Assembly (NCBI RefSeq): GCF_018977255.1
Contig: NW_024704768.1
Coordinates: forward strand, 1,674,001 to 1,738,000
Length of the DNA stretch: 64,000 nt
Direction: 5' to 3'
Source: Callorhinchus milii
Taxonomy: Eukaryota
In this document: one piece after another, positions 60,873 through 64,000 of the stretch
Layout: the number at the start of each line of letters is the position of its first letter
Numbering within the stretch: position 1 is the stretch's first letter
Translations under genes and position numbers: made by a program
Notes under the pieces: model-generated
Databases searched by the model: none
What the model saw: only the letters and a program-made list of their open reading frames with translations
What the model was told of the DNA's origin: nothing

Positions 60873-63800
60873 TGGATGCCTCCATCTACCTAACTGCCCT
60901 AGTTAATTTTCTATCTGTCCATCCAGCCATCACCTCGCTGCCTCATATTCAGGTTTGCAATGGCACACCATTTTTTTGTTTCTAATATTATTTTCTATCC
61001 CACATAGGCAACAAGAGTTGATTCAGCAGCGAAATTAGACTGGAATTTGGGAACATGAGCCGCCCTTTCGATATTCAGATGGCCCCCAGCTTGTAGCATC
61101 TTTTTGAACTGAAACCAAATTTGCCTCTTGGGTGACTCGGCAAGCCTCCAGTACTTTCATTTAATGGTTAGTATTTAGAAAGCGTTTTAAACACATTTAA
61201 ATGGCTGGTTATAGCGATGCGGCCCAGCAGGTCACTTCCCAAAGCATTATACATCCGTTACATTAGCATGCGGAACTGAGTTACATTGATATTACTCGCA
61301 GTAGTAATTAGAGTATATTTACCGGGCTTCTTCTCCCCGACGGGGTGAGGTGGGAGGAGGAAGAAATCGGGGGTTGGGGATGGGGGGGGGGGGGGGGGGG
61401 GAGAGGGGGCAGGACATTATCTTCACGACTGGCCTCTTTAATGAGTTTTACCATTGAAAATGGCGGAGAATGTTGGCCGTGACATTCTCCCTGTTCGCTT
61501 TTTTAGTGCTGGAGAACAGGGAATGAGTAGCGACAGTATGCAATGGCCCGTGTTTAGCTTTTGCCGATGATTGCTGGGTTAGGCACAGTTGGAGGTCCAT
61601 TATACAGTACTTTAGTGCGAAATAATTGTTCTAAACGTAATGGCTGGAAGCAGGATATCTTATTTAATTAAAGCTCACAGTTTAAACTATCTCCCGGCTC
61701 CCAGAACGCTTATATCATCGCTACTTTTAACACCAACATCACAACTGAAGCTAAATAACTAAACACGAAGCGGAGCAGAAGCTGCAGTGATCAATCTATC
61801 AATCTCTGCAAATAGTGTCACCCCCAAAAAAATTCACATGATGTCAGTCACCTGAGGTTGAGAGGTAGCTGGTATCAATTAACCATTTACTTTCTTAAAG
61901 GATAATTTAATATGTTATTCCACGCATCCCTCCCTCACTGTTCCCCTTCCACTTATTTACACATTTCAGAGACATTAGGGCTCATGTGCAAAATAGGCCC
62001 AAGCCCTGCTTTTATTGAGGAAAGACCCGCCAAATGTATATAGCCCACTCATTCGCTGGCCTCACTCTCCCGGTAGCCTGTCTGGTTTAATCATTACGTT
62101 TAAACCGTGTCTTTTCTCAGCGGCTTCTACATTACGACGGAAGTAATTTTGATTTATCGCCAAATACATCAGATTACAATAACTGGCAGTAAAAACAAAG
62201 CTTATTCCACCACTTGCTACATTTAACCATCGCTGCACCCGCAGAACTCTTGGGACCAGATTATAAGAACCGCGTCGCTTTAGCTAAAAACTCGGTGAAT
62301 ATTGTGGCGACGGGAAAGAGAAATGAACAGGGAGAAAATGGGCTAAAGAAAAGCGCGTATTAAGTGGAATGGCAGTCGAACTATACATTTAAAAAAGCGT
62401 GGCTTTAACACAAACCTAAAAATGTCCAGACTCAAAGGTATATTATTTTAAGCGTTGACCCACCAGCGAACCGCCGAGAAAATACCTTCCATCATATTTT
62501 ATTAAAATGTCTTCAAAACGTGTGTTGGAACCCGGTGACTCTCGGCCATTGGCGGAGACAAAGCAAAATAAAGCGTTGAAAACGGGAATTAATTAAACAA
62601 CTATTTTAACATTTGTTTATTCTCCTCTTGAAGGTTGGATCTCACATGTAAAGGAAGCGTTTGACGAAGAGGCGAGTTTCTTTAACATATAATAAACACA
62701 GAATACATTAAGACATCCGCTCAGTCGGTTTACAAATGGATTTTAAACTGAACTGGGAGCGGAGTTTGTCGCGATGTTTTCCTTCACCCGAAAATAAACT
62801 ACATTTTTCATGAATTTTGGGAAAATCGGCTTGGATTTACGATAAACTGCCACTATAAATCGATCGCATGTATCATAAACGCTTTTTTTTTATTTTCAAC
62901 TTTACAAATGTCTTACAATATTAGCTAAATCTTGTTTTTTGGTGGCCTATTTTTTAATATAAAAATGTAGAACAAAATATAGAAATGTGCTATTATTTTA
63001 CAGCAAATTATTCCTTGTTTTTATTCCATTTAGTTTTTTTTTGATAAAGCAATGATTATTTTCTTCGCTGAGAAACCAAAGGAAGGGTGAAAGGACAGCG
63101 GTGGAAGAGGTATCGATTCGAAAGAAATAAATAATCGAGAAATTCGTCAACCACAGGAAAGCGATAGACAATTCAGACCCAACTAATATTACTTTGAAAA
63201 TACATATTTAATCAGGACTATTATACGACTCCAACAAATCTCTATATAGACACCACATCGAGTGTTGATATATAATGTATACATATGTACACTTATACAT
63301 ACATAGAGATACGCACATTAATATGATACACAATATATAAATGCATGCATATTTGTAAAGACGAAGCGTACACATATGTATGTAAAACACAGGGCGAGAA
63401 CCCTCACACATATGTGCGTATGCAGTATGTATATCATATCATTGCATGTCTGTGTATCTTCCCGCACACAAACACTAAGATATACATCTGTATCTTTTTC
63501 TGATGCTTTTTTAAAAAAAATTAAGCCTTCATACACTGCCAGTTTTTATTTAACTGTAAGACTTTTCCACGATTCTACTTTTATTTTGTCTCTAACACAC
63601 GCTTAACAAAGAACAATGCCCGATAAGTAGCACTGACTAGTTTAAATACCTCACGTTAAATTAGCGTTGTCTTATGTCTCCATTTATAAAGTTTCTCCTC
63701 CACCGATTTTATTTCCTGCCAGGCGCTATTTGTTCTAATCGTGGGAGAACAACATGGTTTGTGTTACATGTAATAAGAGAAGCAGCAAACTCAAAACTCG

Positions 63801-64000
63801 ACATTCAGAAATCTCTCGCCACACTAATCGGACAGAGAAATGCAGATTTAGGCTTCGAGCAATTGTCTTAAACAAACAATAAATTTACCCTCTCGTTTCA
63901 ACAATTCGATGCAAAATGATCCTTTTAGTTTTAATCCTATTTTGTACACCACGTTCTGGTATTTGCACAGAATATAAAACAAACTAGAAGGTTGGTTGCG

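Overview
This window is vertebrate genomic DNA covering the middle of a Hox cluster, with all genes on the minus strand. In 5'->3' order they are HoxC10 (56751-53391), mir-196a (~51543-51645), HoxC9 (44409-42256), HoxC8 (35304-34170), HoxC6 (20901-19646) and HoxC5 (16939-15615). Each gene has two exons and a phase-1 GT-AG intron just before the homeobox, checked by hand, and all five reading frames are intact. The protein sequences and the lack of an intact paralogue-7 gene identify it as HoxC. HoxC11 and HoxC4/mir-10 should lie outside the window. The repeats (tRNA-headed SINEs, Deu-domain SINEs, CR1 3' ends) suggest a cartilaginous fish, probably a holocephalan such as Callorhinchus milii; this is inference. 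Recognisable non-coding elements are the Hoxc8 early enhancer (~39450-39680), three miR-196 sites in the HoxC8 3'UTR, and a recurring E-box+CCAAT promoter module. The most intriguing observation is at the empty paralogue-7 position, which holds an orphan Hox-type promoter, a phase-1 splice donor ~500 nt downstream, an intron-like homeodomain-site cluster and a faint decayed-homeobox-like stretch. Together these could be a 'ghost' HoxC7 reused as a shared 5' exon. There is also a retroposon-dense block 3' of HoxC5, eight SINE tails truncated at the same hairpin, and a Tc1/mariner-type MITE. All comparisons with other species are from memory and need alignment to confirm.
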